NCBI GenBank assembly: GCA_021108395.1
Contig: JAIOQZ010000038.1
Span: 3,415 to 67,414, forward strand
Direction of reading: 5' to 3'
DNA: 64,000 nucleotides
Origin: Candidatus Cloacimonadota bacterium
GTDB taxonomy: Bacteria > Cloacimonadota > Cloacimonadia > Cloacimonadales > JAIOQZ01
The stretch's first letter is position 1. Each line of letters opens with the position of its first letter. Below, one piece after another: positions 8,751 to 17,184 of this stretch. The position numbers were made by a program, and so were the translations under genes. Under the pieces are notes generated by a model, which saw nothing but the letters and a program-made list of their open reading frames with translations, was not told the origin of the DNA and ran no database searches.

Positions 8751-10769
8751 TTAACTTTTCTTTTTCCTTAGAAGTTTATTTAGGTCAGTAAATATCCTTT
8801 CAAAATTGTCTAGAGTATTATCAGATATGGTTTTTTCTAAGTCTTCTATATTTTCTTGAAAATAACGTGCAGGCCTATAATGATTAAATGTGATGCCTTT
8901 TGGGGGGGTCTGCTTTAAGTAATCCTCGATGCGTTTCAACACACGAGGATGTTTGCTTTTCAAATCTATTTGCTTGATAGTCGTGCCGAATTCACCATTT
9001 ACTAAGGAAAGATAGAAATCGATATCGAACATGTCTTCAATATCTGCTGAAGGTCGATTCAGATAGTCACCAAACGTAAGCACGCGACTTTTTGTTAGAA
9101 GTTTTTTCTTATACAGATTCTCGATTGACTGCCTATCTTCAGGTTTGACATCAACAAGTACTGCGATTTTTAAGTCTTTCTGTGAGCCCAAAAGAGAGAC
9201 AAAAGTCTGCACTTTGTCCGCACCACCAACAGGAGTAATTGTCCATTTGGCACTTAATCCAGTTCGATTCGATCTCTCAAGACTACTTGTGATGCATCGA
9301 AGATAGATCAAATCAGATGGACCTTCAACGATTAGACAATTAGGTCCTATGAACAAAGATTGCGTTATACTGTATCCCATTGCAGCCTGCAAAGGGAAAA
9401 TGGTGTCATCATCTGTTTCGAGTACATCTTTAGTAACTTTTGTTGTTCCATCCTTATCCTCATACACAGCTCGTACATTCTCGAAGTTGTTAACATCAAC
9501 AAGAAATGGGGAGTGTGTAGAATACATGGTTTGATTAGATGCGGATAGTTTTTTGAAAAATTCAATAAGTTTAGCTTGTGCAGTACCATGTAAATGTAAT
9601 CCTGGCTCATCAAGCAATAAGATACTGTCTTTGTGTGCTCCTTCTGCTTCAACTAAGAAGACAAGATAAAAGGAAAAGAAATACTGCATACCATAACTTC
9701 TTTGGTCCAGTTCGATCTCACTAGGATCTAAATCATCTGATACCCAAATTCTTAAATAATCACCATCAGCTTGATAGCGAAACTTATGTTTCCTTTGATC
9801 CCACCAATCAGAAAACTTACGAGTCATTGAATTTGATGCTGAGGAGAAATGAATAGCTCGTTCATCAATATATCTTCTGGTTTTTTCTTCATCAATCCTT
9901 TGACCGTGATTATGAATTCCAAGATTCGCAAGAGTTTTAATATCTAAGCCTACATGTTGAAACATGCACATGGTAATTCTTTTATTCGGTGATGGTTGAT
10001 TCAAAAAGGATGGCAGGTGAATGGCACTATCTAAGACGTTATACTTATCGAAATATATGAATTGAGGAAGCATTTCTTCAATATGACTTAACGCTATTTT
10101 GTAGTCTTCAATTTCCTTTTTTCTCTCAGTGTATGGTGTAAGAATCTCCATTATTGATTGTAACACATCCTTCTGCCATTCTTCATTAGCCCTTTGAAGA
10201 AGCTTTTGTTGTATTTGGTCTACTATTTCTAAAATGTTGTCATTGTTGACTGTTTGCTTTATACTGTTTAGGCTATCAGACAAATTCTGTTTTATATCTC
10301 CGAGTTCTTCACCTTTTCCATCAGGTGCTGTTAGATTGTTAACACTATCAACTATTTCATCGATAAATTCTAAAATTTCTTTCTTCTTAATATATCTAAC
10401 ATCTGGTTGAGGATAAAAAGCAGTGCTATATTTTGTAGAATAATAACGTGTGATTTCAACGTGATCAACTTTTGACAAGAGAGATGAGAGTGCTGTGAGT
10501 TTATCAACCTCAGACTCATTTAGGCTAAAACGACAACTCGATACTGGCCAAGCCCATTTCTCATATTCATCTGTATATCTTTTTCTTGGAAACTCCTTAA
10601 GGCCATCGTATTTCTCTTTGTCTGATGGATTGAACTTTGATAAACCTCTGAACACAGCCGATTTTCCTGCCTCATTTTTGCCCACAAAAGCAGTTAAATC
10701 TCCAACATCAATCCAGCCTGTATCATGTACTTTTTTGTAATTTTGCACTCGGAAAGCAGTCAGTCTCAT
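8751..10769 (-). CDS. Fused ABC-type (AAA_15/21-like) ATPase and C-terminal Toprim-like nuclease; OLD-family / single-chain PARIS-like candidate defence protein
   Basis: Walker A GKNEAGKS, signature-like QRSYGMQYF, Walker B ILLLDEPGLHLH, H-loop STHSPF. The Toprim-like part has LIVEGPSDLIYL, PVGGADK and VLVDVKPED. Start chosen at ATG 10769, which follows GGAGGAA. Codon usage is AT-rich. Confidence 0.8.
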   Translation of the reverse strand: MRLTAFRVQNYKKVHDTGWIDVGDLTAFVGKNEAGKSAVFRGLSKFNPSDKEKYDGLKEFPRKRYTDEYEKWAWPVSSCRFSLNESEVDKLTALSSLLSKVDHVEITRYYSTKYSTAFYPQPDVRYIKKKEILEFIDEIVDSVNNLTAPDGKGEELGDIKQNLSDSLNSIKQTVNNDNILEIVDQIQQKLLQRANEEWQKDVLQSIMEILTPYTERKKEIEDYKIALSHIEEMLPQFIYFDKYNVLDSAIHLPSFLNQPSPNKRITMCMFQHVGLDIKTLANLGIHNHGQRIDEEKTRRYIDERAIHFSSASNSMTRKFSDWWDQRKHKFRYQADGDYLRIWVSDDLDPSEIELDQRSYGMQYFFSFYLVFLVEAEGAHKDSILLLDEPGLHLHGTAQAKLIEFFKKLSASNQTMYSTHSPFLVDVNNFENVRAVYEDKDGTTKVTKDVLETDDDTIFPLQAAMGYSITQSLFIGPNCLIVEGPSDLIYLRCITSSLERSNRTGLSAKWTITPVGGADKVQTFVSLLGSQKDLKIAVLVDVKPEDRQSIENLYKKKLLTKSRVLTFGDYLNRPSADIEDMFDIDFYLSLVNGEFGTTIKQIDLKSKHPRVLKRIEDYLKQTPPKGITFNHYRPARYFQENIEDLEKTISDNTLDNFERIFTDLNKLLRKKKS

Positions 10770-10837
10770 TTGTTCCTCCATAACTATCAATTAAAGGCTT
10801 TTCAATATTTGTATTCAGAACAGTTATTATGTCAATC

Positions 10838-10864
10838 AAAAAAATCACTGTGAAAGAAAGTGAT
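10838..10864 (-). terminator. Rho-independent terminator downstream of nrdG
   Basis: On the minus strand, ATCACT-N9-AGTGAT is followed by a T7 run, 12 nt after the nrdG stop. Confidence 0.6.
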
Positions 10865-10875
10865 AGAAAAGCTCC

Positions 10876-11562
10876 TCACCTCACCCCAACACTCACCCCT
10901 TCTTTCTTCATCATCTCCACCGCTTCCTCCACCCCCGTGCGCGGGTGCAGGCGGAGCTGTTCGAGGTCTTCGAGCGTGTTGTCGGGGCGGCAGCGCTGGA
11001 GCGTAAAGCGGCGGCAACCGGCAATCTCCTCCTGTATGGCCAGCACGTCGGCGGGCTCGAGCAGCAGGTCGAACCACGTCGTGCGCAGCTCGTGGTCAAT
11101 GCCGGTGTCGCGCAGCAGCTTCACGCTGCGGCGGATGGCTTCGGTGTCCACGCGCATTCGCACCATTGCCCGGTACTTCGCCAGCGGCGCCTTGTAGTCC
11201 ATGGCTATGTAGTCCACCAGTCGCTCGTGGATGAGCAGCGCCAGCATGTCGGGATTGGTGCCGTTGGTGTCCAGCTTCACGCGGTAGCCCATCGCCTTGA
11301 GCCGGCGGCAGAAGCTGGGGAGGTCGTCGTGCAGGGTGGGCTCACCCCCGCTGATGCAGACGCCTTCGAGCAGTCCCCGCCGCGAAGCGAGGAAGTCGAG
11401 CACCTCGTCCTCCGGTATGGGCGGCTCGAAGCGGTGGGCATCGACGAGTTCGGGGTTGTGGCAGTATGGACAGCGGAAGTTGCAGCCCTGGGTGAAGACC
11501 GTCGCCGCCAGGTGGTTGTCGTAGTCGGCCATGGAGAAGCGTTCGAGTCCTCCGATGCGCAT
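10876..11562 (-). CDS. nrdG: Anaerobic ribonucleotide reductase activating protein (radical SAM)
   Basis: CNFRCPYCHNPELV cluster motif and GGEPTL. Start set at MRIGGLERFS (ATG 11562), preceded by GAGGGGGGAG. The longer track ORF would overlap nrdD. Confidence 0.9.
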   Translation of the reverse strand: MRIGGLERFSMADYDNHLAATVFTQGCNFRCPYCHNPELVDAHRFEPPIPEDEVLDFLASRRGLLEGVCISGGEPTLHDDLPSFCRRLKAMGYRVKLDTNGTNPDMLALLIHERLVDYIAMDYKAPLAKYRAMVRMRVDTEAIRRSVKLLRDTGIDHELRTTWFDLLLEPADVLAIQEEIAGCRRFTLQRCRPDNTLEDLEQLRLHPRTGVEEAVEMMKKEGVSVGVR

Positions 11563-11576
11563 GGTCTCCCCCCTCG

Positions 11577-13676
11577 CTATTTCACTTCGGCAATCTTGAA
11601 CGTCTTGCGCAGGTCGAACTCTGCCTGCTTGCCCTCGTTCCACTGCGAAACCGGCCGCAGATAGCCCACCACGCGTGAATACACCTCGCAGGTGATGCCG
11701 CATTCGGGGCAGGTGCGATGCTCGCCGCCGAGATAGCCGTGCGTGGGGCAAACTGAGAACGTGGGCGTGAACGTGAAGTAGGGCAGGTGATAGTTGTCGC
11801 AGATGGTTTTCACCAGTTTCTTGACAGTGCCATAGTGGTGCAGGCGTTCGCCGCCGAATATGTGCAGCACGGTGCCGCCGGTGTACTTCGTCTGAATCTC
11901 GTCCTGCTTGTCGAGCGCCTCGAAAACGTCGCCGGTGTAGTTGACGGGCAACTGGGTGGAGTTGGTGTAGAACGGCTTGGCGCCCTTACGGAAGGCGGAG
12001 TCGTTGGCCACGATGATGTCCGAGAAACGCTCGGTGTCGAGCTTGGCGAGGCGATAGCTTGTGCCCTCGGCCGGGGTTGCTTCGAGGTTGTAGTTGTTGC
12101 CGGTCTCCTCCTGGAACTCGACGAGCTTGCTCCGCATGAACACCATGACGCGGTTGGTGAAAAAACGGCCGATGTCAGAGCCGATATCGACGCCGTAGAG
12201 GTTGAGGCAGGCCTCGTTCATGCCCAGCAGGCCGATGGTGGAGAAGTGGTTCTTCCAATACTGGTCGAAGCGTTCTCGAACATTCTGCAAATAGAACTTG
12301 GTGTAGGGGTACAGTCCCTTATCAGTGAATTGTTCGAGAATCTTGCGCTTGATTTCGAGGCTGCGTTTGGCGAGGTCCATGTGCCAGCCGAGACGCTCGA
12401 TGAACTCGTCCTCGTTGCCCGACAGATAGGCCAGGCGCGGCATGTTCATCGTCACCACACCGATGGAGCCGGTGAGCGGGTTAGCGCCGAAGAGGCCGCC
12501 GCCACGGGCCTCGAGCTTGCGGGTGTCGAGCCGCAACCGGCAGCACATCGAACGGGCGTCCTCGGGACTAAGCTCGCTGTTGACGAAGTTCGAGAAGTAG
12601 GGGATGCCGTACTTGGCCGTGGCCTCCCACAGGTGATCGAGCACGGGGTTGTCCCAGTCGAAGTCTTTAGTGATGTTATAGGTGGGAATGGGGAAGGTGA
12701 AAACGCGGCCTTTGGCGTCGCCTTCGCTCATTACCTCGAGGAACGCCTCGTTGATCATGTTCATTTCGGTCTGGAACTCTTTGTAGGTCTTTTCCTGCGG
12801 CTCTCCGCCGATGATGGTCGGCTGGTCGGCGTACATGCGCGGCACTTCGAGGTCCATGGTGATGTTTGTGAACGGCGTCTGGAAGCCAACACGGGTGGGC
12901 ACGTTGATGTTGAACACGAACTCCTGTAGCGCCTGCTTCACCTCGGCATAGTTCATGCCGTCGTAGTGAACGAACGGCGCCAGTAGCGTATCGAAGCTGG
13001 AGAACGCCTGCGCCCCGGCCGCCTCGCCCTGCAATGTGTAGAAGAAGTTCACTATCTGGCCAAGAATAGAACGGAAATGCCTGGCGGGTTTACTCTCGAT
13101 TTTGCCGCGAGCGCCCTTGAAACCGGTGCGCAGCAGGTCCATCAAATCCCAGCCGACGCAATAGACGGATATTTGGCCGAGGTCGTGGATGTGGAACTCG
13201 CCGTTCGAGTGGGCGTCGCGTATCTCGATGGGATACACCTTGTTCAGCCAATAGACCTTGCTCACCTCAGAGGCGATGTAGTTGTTCAGCCCCTGTAGCG
13301 AATAGGCCATGTTGCTGTTCTCGTTCACCTGCCAGTCAAGCCGTTCGAGGTATTGGTCGATGAGGTTGACATTGGCGCGGGAGACAAGCTCGCGCATCTT
13401 GGCGCGCTGGTCTCGATAGAGGATATAGGATTTGGCGGTGCGCTTGTAGGGCGAGGCCAGCAGCACGTCTTCGACCAGGTCCTGCACCGCCTCGACGGTG
13501 GGTATCTGGTCGTGGATGGTTTGCAGGGCGAGGTTGAGAACCCGCACTGTGAGCCGCTTGGCCATGTCATAGCCGAACTCGTCGGTAACCTGGCCGGCCT
13601 TGAGGATGGCCGCGGTAATTTTCTGGTCATCAAAATCAACAACTGTGTTATTCCGTTTCCGGATCTCTTTGAACAT
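11577..13676 (-). CDS. nrdD: Anaerobic ribonucleoside-triphosphate reductase, class III
   Basis: N-terminal ATP-cone (RKRNNTVVDFDDQKITAAI), a conserved NrdD core, a C-terminal CPxHG...CPECG zinc site and the glycyl-radical motif SRVVGY. Confidence 0.95.
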   Translation of the reverse strand: MFKEIRKRNNTVVDFDDQKITAAILKAGQVTDEFGYDMAKRLTVRVLNLALQTIHDQIPTVEAVQDLVEDVLLASPYKRTAKSYILYRDQRAKMRELVSRANVNLIDQYLERLDWQVNENSNMAYSLQGLNNYIASEVSKVYWLNKVYPIEIRDAHSNGEFHIHDLGQISVYCVGWDLMDLLRTGFKGARGKIESKPARHFRSILGQIVNFFYTLQGEAAGAQAFSSFDTLLAPFVHYDGMNYAEVKQALQEFVFNINVPTRVGFQTPFTNITMDLEVPRMYADQPTIIGGEPQEKTYKEFQTEMNMINEAFLEVMSEGDAKGRVFTFPIPTYNITKDFDWDNPVLDHLWEATAKYGIPYFSNFVNSELSPEDARSMCCRLRLDTRKLEARGGGLFGANPLTGSIGVVTMNMPRLAYLSGNEDEFIERLGWHMDLAKRSLEIKRKILEQFTDKGLYPYTKFYLQNVRERFDQYWKNHFSTIGLLGMNEACLNLYGVDIGSDIGRFFTNRVMVFMRSKLVEFQEETGNNYNLEATPAEGTSYRLAKLDTERFSDIIVANDSAFRKGAKPFYTNSTQLPVNYTGDVFEALDKQDEIQTKYTGGTVLHIFGGERLHHYGTVKKLVKTICDNYHLPYFTFTPTFSVCPTHGYLGGEHRTCPECGITCEVYSRVVGYLRPVSQWNEGKQAEFDLRKTFKIAEVK

Positions 13677-13738
13677 AGCAAACCCCTAAAGCAGTATTAT
13701 ATGTATAACTATTTTAATCGTAGGTGATTAACCACTGC

Positions 13739-13768
13739 ATTGTTCAAATACGGAACTGATTGAACAAT
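13739..13768 (-). promoter_or_regulatory. Perfect 9-bp inverted repeat in the nrdD leader (candidate operator or RNA hairpin)
   Basis: ATTGTTCAA-N12-TTGAACAAT, 63-92 nt upstream of the nrdD start. A TTGACA hexamer (minus strand) lies near 13806-13811. Confidence 0.3.
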
Positions 13769-14082
13769 TAAGTTATCCTTTATCTGAGAGTTAATTAAGA
13801 ATCTGTCAAGCCGGAAATTTTCTTCGCTGTTCAGGGTGACAGGTGAATCCGCTTGAAAAGCCTCTTCACCTGTCTGTAAAAAATTGCGTCAGCCTCAACG
13901 GTATTTTATGTCTGGATATGACCATCATTAGGCACGAAAAATGCCCCTCGCGGATGTAGTGGCTATCTGTGTGTGGACAGGCAAGATAGCAATTTGGATG
14001 AGCGCAGCGGCTGCGAAAAGGTCTCCGCCGCCTTCGGGCAGCCACGCTGAAGCCGCTGATAGTGCGCCGCTGGCGTTACACG

Positions 14083-14110
14083 CAAAAAGAGCCGGAATCG
14101 CTTCCGGCTC
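14083..14110 (-). terminator. Rho-independent terminator of the 948-aa CTD protein gene
   Basis: GAGCCGGAA-GCGA-TTCCGGCTC is followed by TTTTT on the minus strand, 19 nt after the stop. Confidence 0.65.
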
Positions 14111-14128
14111 TTGTGTTTGCGTTATGGG

Positions 14129-16975
14129 TTATTTCAACATGATGGCCTTGTGCATGGCCTCGTAAGTGTCAGTTTTCATGCGGATGAAGTACAGGCCGGT
14201 CGCGCAGGACAAGCCGCTTTCGTCGCGGCCGTCCCAGGTGACTTCGTGGTGACCGACAGGCAAAACCTCCCGCCGCAGCAGGCGCACGCGCTGTCCGCGA
14301 ACGTTGAACACCTCGATGCTCACGGGCGAACTCCTCGCTATGGAGAAGACCACCGTAGTCGATGGATTGAACGGGTTCGGATAAACGCCCCGCAGACAGG
14401 TGACAACCGGCGCATCCGGCTCGTCGCCGGCGCTCACGATTTCAACATCCACCGTGACGATTTCCGATTCGCCGGTGGAGAACACGCAGGAGACACCGAG
14501 CGTGTGCATACCGGGATCGAGGTTCTCCCACAGGTATTCGGTTTCGGTGGTGGTGGCGTGCGGATCGCCGTCGTGGTAGAGATTGAACTCGACGAACTCG
14601 CGGTCGAACCATGGCATTGTCCATGTCATCATCACGTCGTCGTCTGTGATGTCTGCGGTCACGTCCATCGGCTCGTAGAGGGCCTCGATCAGTTCGACGT
14701 CGAGCGCAAGGGTTTCAAGGGTGACGATGTCGTTCTGCTCATACTCGTCATACATGTCGAGGGTGACCAGCAGGTCGTACATGCCGCAGGCCACCTCCGC
14801 AAAGGCGACAACGCCGTCCTCCGGCACAGTGGCCGTGTAGATGTGGTCGGGATCGCCGTCCTGGCAGGTGAATGTGAGTTCGGCGTCTGTGGGGGCGTTG
14901 CCGGTGTTGCAGGTAACGTTGAACGTCACTTCGGCCACACCGCCTTCCGCCACTGTCAGCGTGACAGGCACGCTCAACTCCGGCGTTGCGGGATCGTTGC
15001 TGCAAATGCTCACAACAGCGCTATAGATGCCGACATCCATATCGGTGGTGACGTAGCACACGCCGATGTCCAGCGTCTCGCCGACTGCAATCGTGCCTTC
15101 GTATGTATCGAGGAGAACCCATTCGGGAGCGCACTGGAACAGCAGCGCCAGATTGTTCTGCACGTAAGCGGCGTCGTAAACAACCTGCAGGCCGTCGGCG
15201 CCGTTGGCGTTCTCGATGCCGATGGTATTGGTGTCGATGTCGCCTTCGAGTTCCTGATAGTAGAAGCGGATGACGCCATTGGCGTATATCTGCATCTGGA
15301 AGGTGTACTCTCCAGTCCACATGCCGGCATAGTGATCGACATCGGTGAACTGAACGACGAAGCGATTGTTGGCGGTATCGCTGTAGTAGTGAATGGAGCC
15401 ACCATTCTGGGGGCTGAGGTCGTCCCAGAACGGGGCGATGACGTTGTTGGGTTCCGTCGATGTGGGAATGGGGTCGTTTCTCCAGTTGGTGGCAGTGGCA
15501 GTGAACGAGACGTAACCATTCGAGCAGATGCGCAACTGAGAGAAATTGTTGCCGTAGAAAGGGAAGCTGAAGCCGATGTCGATGAGGCCTGTCATCTGGT
15601 CTTCGCCCAGAGTAACTTCGGTGCCCGAAGCCTGGATGTCGTCCCACACAAAGACGGGGCCGCCGGGTTCGTTGCTGTCTTTCCAGGTGTAGCCGAAGGT
15701 GTCGGGGCCGCCTGAATCGCGGCCTGGCGCGCCTTCGAGCGCGGGTTGCGACTCGGTGACATCGGCCACCTGCTCGGTGGCTATGGCCTGTCGTACGACA
15801 TTACCTATGGTGATGGTGAAGTCAAGCTCGCTCGATCCTTCGTTTTGCAGGGTAAGCGTTTGGCTGTTGTCGATTATGTCGGGTGGCAACAGTATGTCGA
15901 GCGACGCAGGCGTCACATCGATTTGCGGAGCTCCCATACAGTTCGCGCTGACATCGATGACGAAGTCGCCGTCGGGGTCGTTGCTGAGGATGGTAATCTG
16001 TTCGTTCAGGGTCACGGTCGAGGCGGGATCGCAGGTGATGTCCACGACCACGTTTTCGCCGCAGTCGAGGCTGAAGGGGCCGGTGTCGCTCAATGTGAAG
16101 CCCGCGCCGCTGACGCTGGCGCCGCTGATTTCGAGAGTTTGCAGCCCGAAGTTGAAGATAGAGAACGACTGCGTTTCGGGGTAGCCGATGTAAACGACGT
16201 TGAAGTCGATTGACTCGATGGATGCGCTGATGGCTGGAACATCGCCCTCCGACAGGAAGGCGAAGTAGCGCGCCATCAGGTCGGCCTTGGTGTTGTTGTC
16301 TTCACCGTCGCGGCAGGCGCCGAAGATGACCGACGAGCAGATGGTACGATAACCGCTCGTGCCGACGTTGTAAACGCCGCACACGGAGCCTGTCTGTGTC
16401 TCCTGGTATTCCGTGCTTTCGTCCGCAGACAGCACATCGACCAGATAGTCCGCCTCGTCAGCGTTTTCATATTCAAAGGTAATGTCGTTTGCGATACTGT
16501 TTGTCATGCCGGTCACGTCTGTTACCGTTCCGGCGTTATCACTCACATAGTTGCATCCGAGGTGGCCGAAGAAGTTGGTCGTCGAATGATCTGATCCAAC
16601 ATCCACTCCTTCGATATAGATGGCCTTGCCATCTGCCAGAAAGTTGACCAGATTGGTCTGTTGTACGGTGCCGACCGCACCGGGAGGGGTATCTCCGCAT
16701 CCTATACACCATACTCCGAGCGTGATGAAAATGACATCATACGCGGAGAGGTTGGTCGGCAGCGAGCTTACCGTGGTGTACGGTATCCCATTGGCGTTCA
16801 ACGCCTGCTGCAGGCCATGTTGGCATCCCACTGTTCCCCCAGTCTCAGGGTCAACGATGTTCGAATTGTTATCGTTGTCCCAGAGCAGTACCTGTTGCGC
16901 ACCGAGCGTTACAGGCGCCAGCCCGAGGAAAATAAAGAGACAAGTGGCAATGCCGATACGTCGCAATACACGCAT
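14129..16975 (-). CDS. Large secreted multi-domain protein with a FlgD-Ig/T9SS-type C-terminal sorting domain
   Basis: Signal peptide MRVLRRIGIATCLFIFLGLAPVTLGAQQ; Ig-like/ASH-like repeats; C-terminus VYPNPFNPSTTVVFS...VFNVRGQRV...GLYFIRM...IMLK. Confidence 0.85.
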   Translation of the reverse strand: MRVLRRIGIATCLFIFLGLAPVTLGAQQVLLWDNDNNSNIVDPETGGTVGCQHGLQQALNANGIPYTTVSSLPTNLSAYDVIFITLGVWCIGCGDTPPGAVGTVQQTNLVNFLADGKAIYIEGVDVGSDHSTTNFFGHLGCNYVSDNAGTVTDVTGMTNSIANDITFEYENADEADYLVDVLSADESTEYQETQTGSVCGVYNVGTSGYRTICSSVIFGACRDGEDNNTKADLMARYFAFLSEGDVPAISASIESIDFNVVYIGYPETQSFSIFNFGLQTLEISGASVSGAGFTLSDTGPFSLDCGENVVVDITCDPASTVTLNEQITILSNDPDGDFVIDVSANCMGAPQIDVTPASLDILLPPDIIDNSQTLTLQNEGSSELDFTITIGNVVRQAIATEQVADVTESQPALEGAPGRDSGGPDTFGYTWKDSNEPGGPVFVWDDIQASGTEVTLGEDQMTGLIDIGFSFPFYGNNFSQLRICSNGYVSFTATATNWRNDPIPTSTEPNNVIAPFWDDLSPQNGGSIHYYSDTANNRFVVQFTDVDHYAGMWTGEYTFQMQIYANGVIRFYYQELEGDIDTNTIGIENANGADGLQVVYDAAYVQNNLALLFQCAPEWVLLDTYEGTIAVGETLDIGVCYVTTDMDVGIYSAVVSICSNDPATPELSVPVTLTVAEGGVAEVTFNVTCNTGNAPTDAELTFTCQDGDPDHIYTATVPEDGVVAFAEVACGMYDLLVTLDMYDEYEQNDIVTLETLALDVELIEALYEPMDVTADITDDDVMMTWTMPWFDREFVEFNLYHDGDPHATTTETEYLWENLDPGMHTLGVSCVFSTGESEIVTVDVEIVSAGDEPDAPVVTCLRGVYPNPFNPSTTVVFSIARSSPVSIEVFNVRGQRVRLLRREVLPVGHHEVTWDGRDESGLSCATGLYFIRMKTDTYEAMHKAIMLK

Positions 16976-17184
16976 CGTTTACCTCCAGTATTTTCGCTTC
17001 AATGAACTATTGCGAAGAGCGCTTACATTCTGTGTGGTGTCAAGAATTATCACGGCATCGAATATGACTTCACCGCTTTTATGATTCGTGTCGTCACCAG
17101 CGATGTCAGCGCCTTCTTCGGCATAGACACCACTTTAGTGCAATTTGCATTCCAACAATGACGGCAACCGCGATTGCCCCGCTG

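Noticed and set aside
8751-10769. Gabija (GajA) assignment for the ATPase-Toprim gene
   Set aside because: There is no UvrD-like GajB gene on either side. The neighbours are a GAF protein and nrdG, so I kept the generic OLD/PARIS-like call.
10876-11751. Long version of nrdG (291 aa) and similar 5' extensions (31880-31990, 42909-42968, 56078-56128, 57569-57694, 38422-38469, 36010-36039)
   Set aside because: The extensions overlap upstream genes or lack an RBS. Internal ATGs are preceded by GGAG-type sites and give canonical N-termini (radical-SAM start, signal peptides).
11787-12929. 380-aa plus-strand ORF
   Set aside because: It is antisense to nrdD, whose identity is unambiguous.
13941-14090. 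Cobalamin riboswitch or NrdR boxes upstream of nrdD
   Set aside because: The GGAGACC and GCTGCCC fragments on the minus strand superficially recall B12-box elements, but the spacing and the remaining conserved cores are absent. The AT-rich TATACATATAAT segment does not form the 16-bp NrdR palindrome. I cannot support either call without a covariance-model scan.
14111-15715. 534-aa plus-strand ORF
   Set aside because: It is antisense to the 948-aa secreted CTD protein gene, which has a signal peptide, a CTD and its own terminator. Its composition is shadow-like and it has no RBS.
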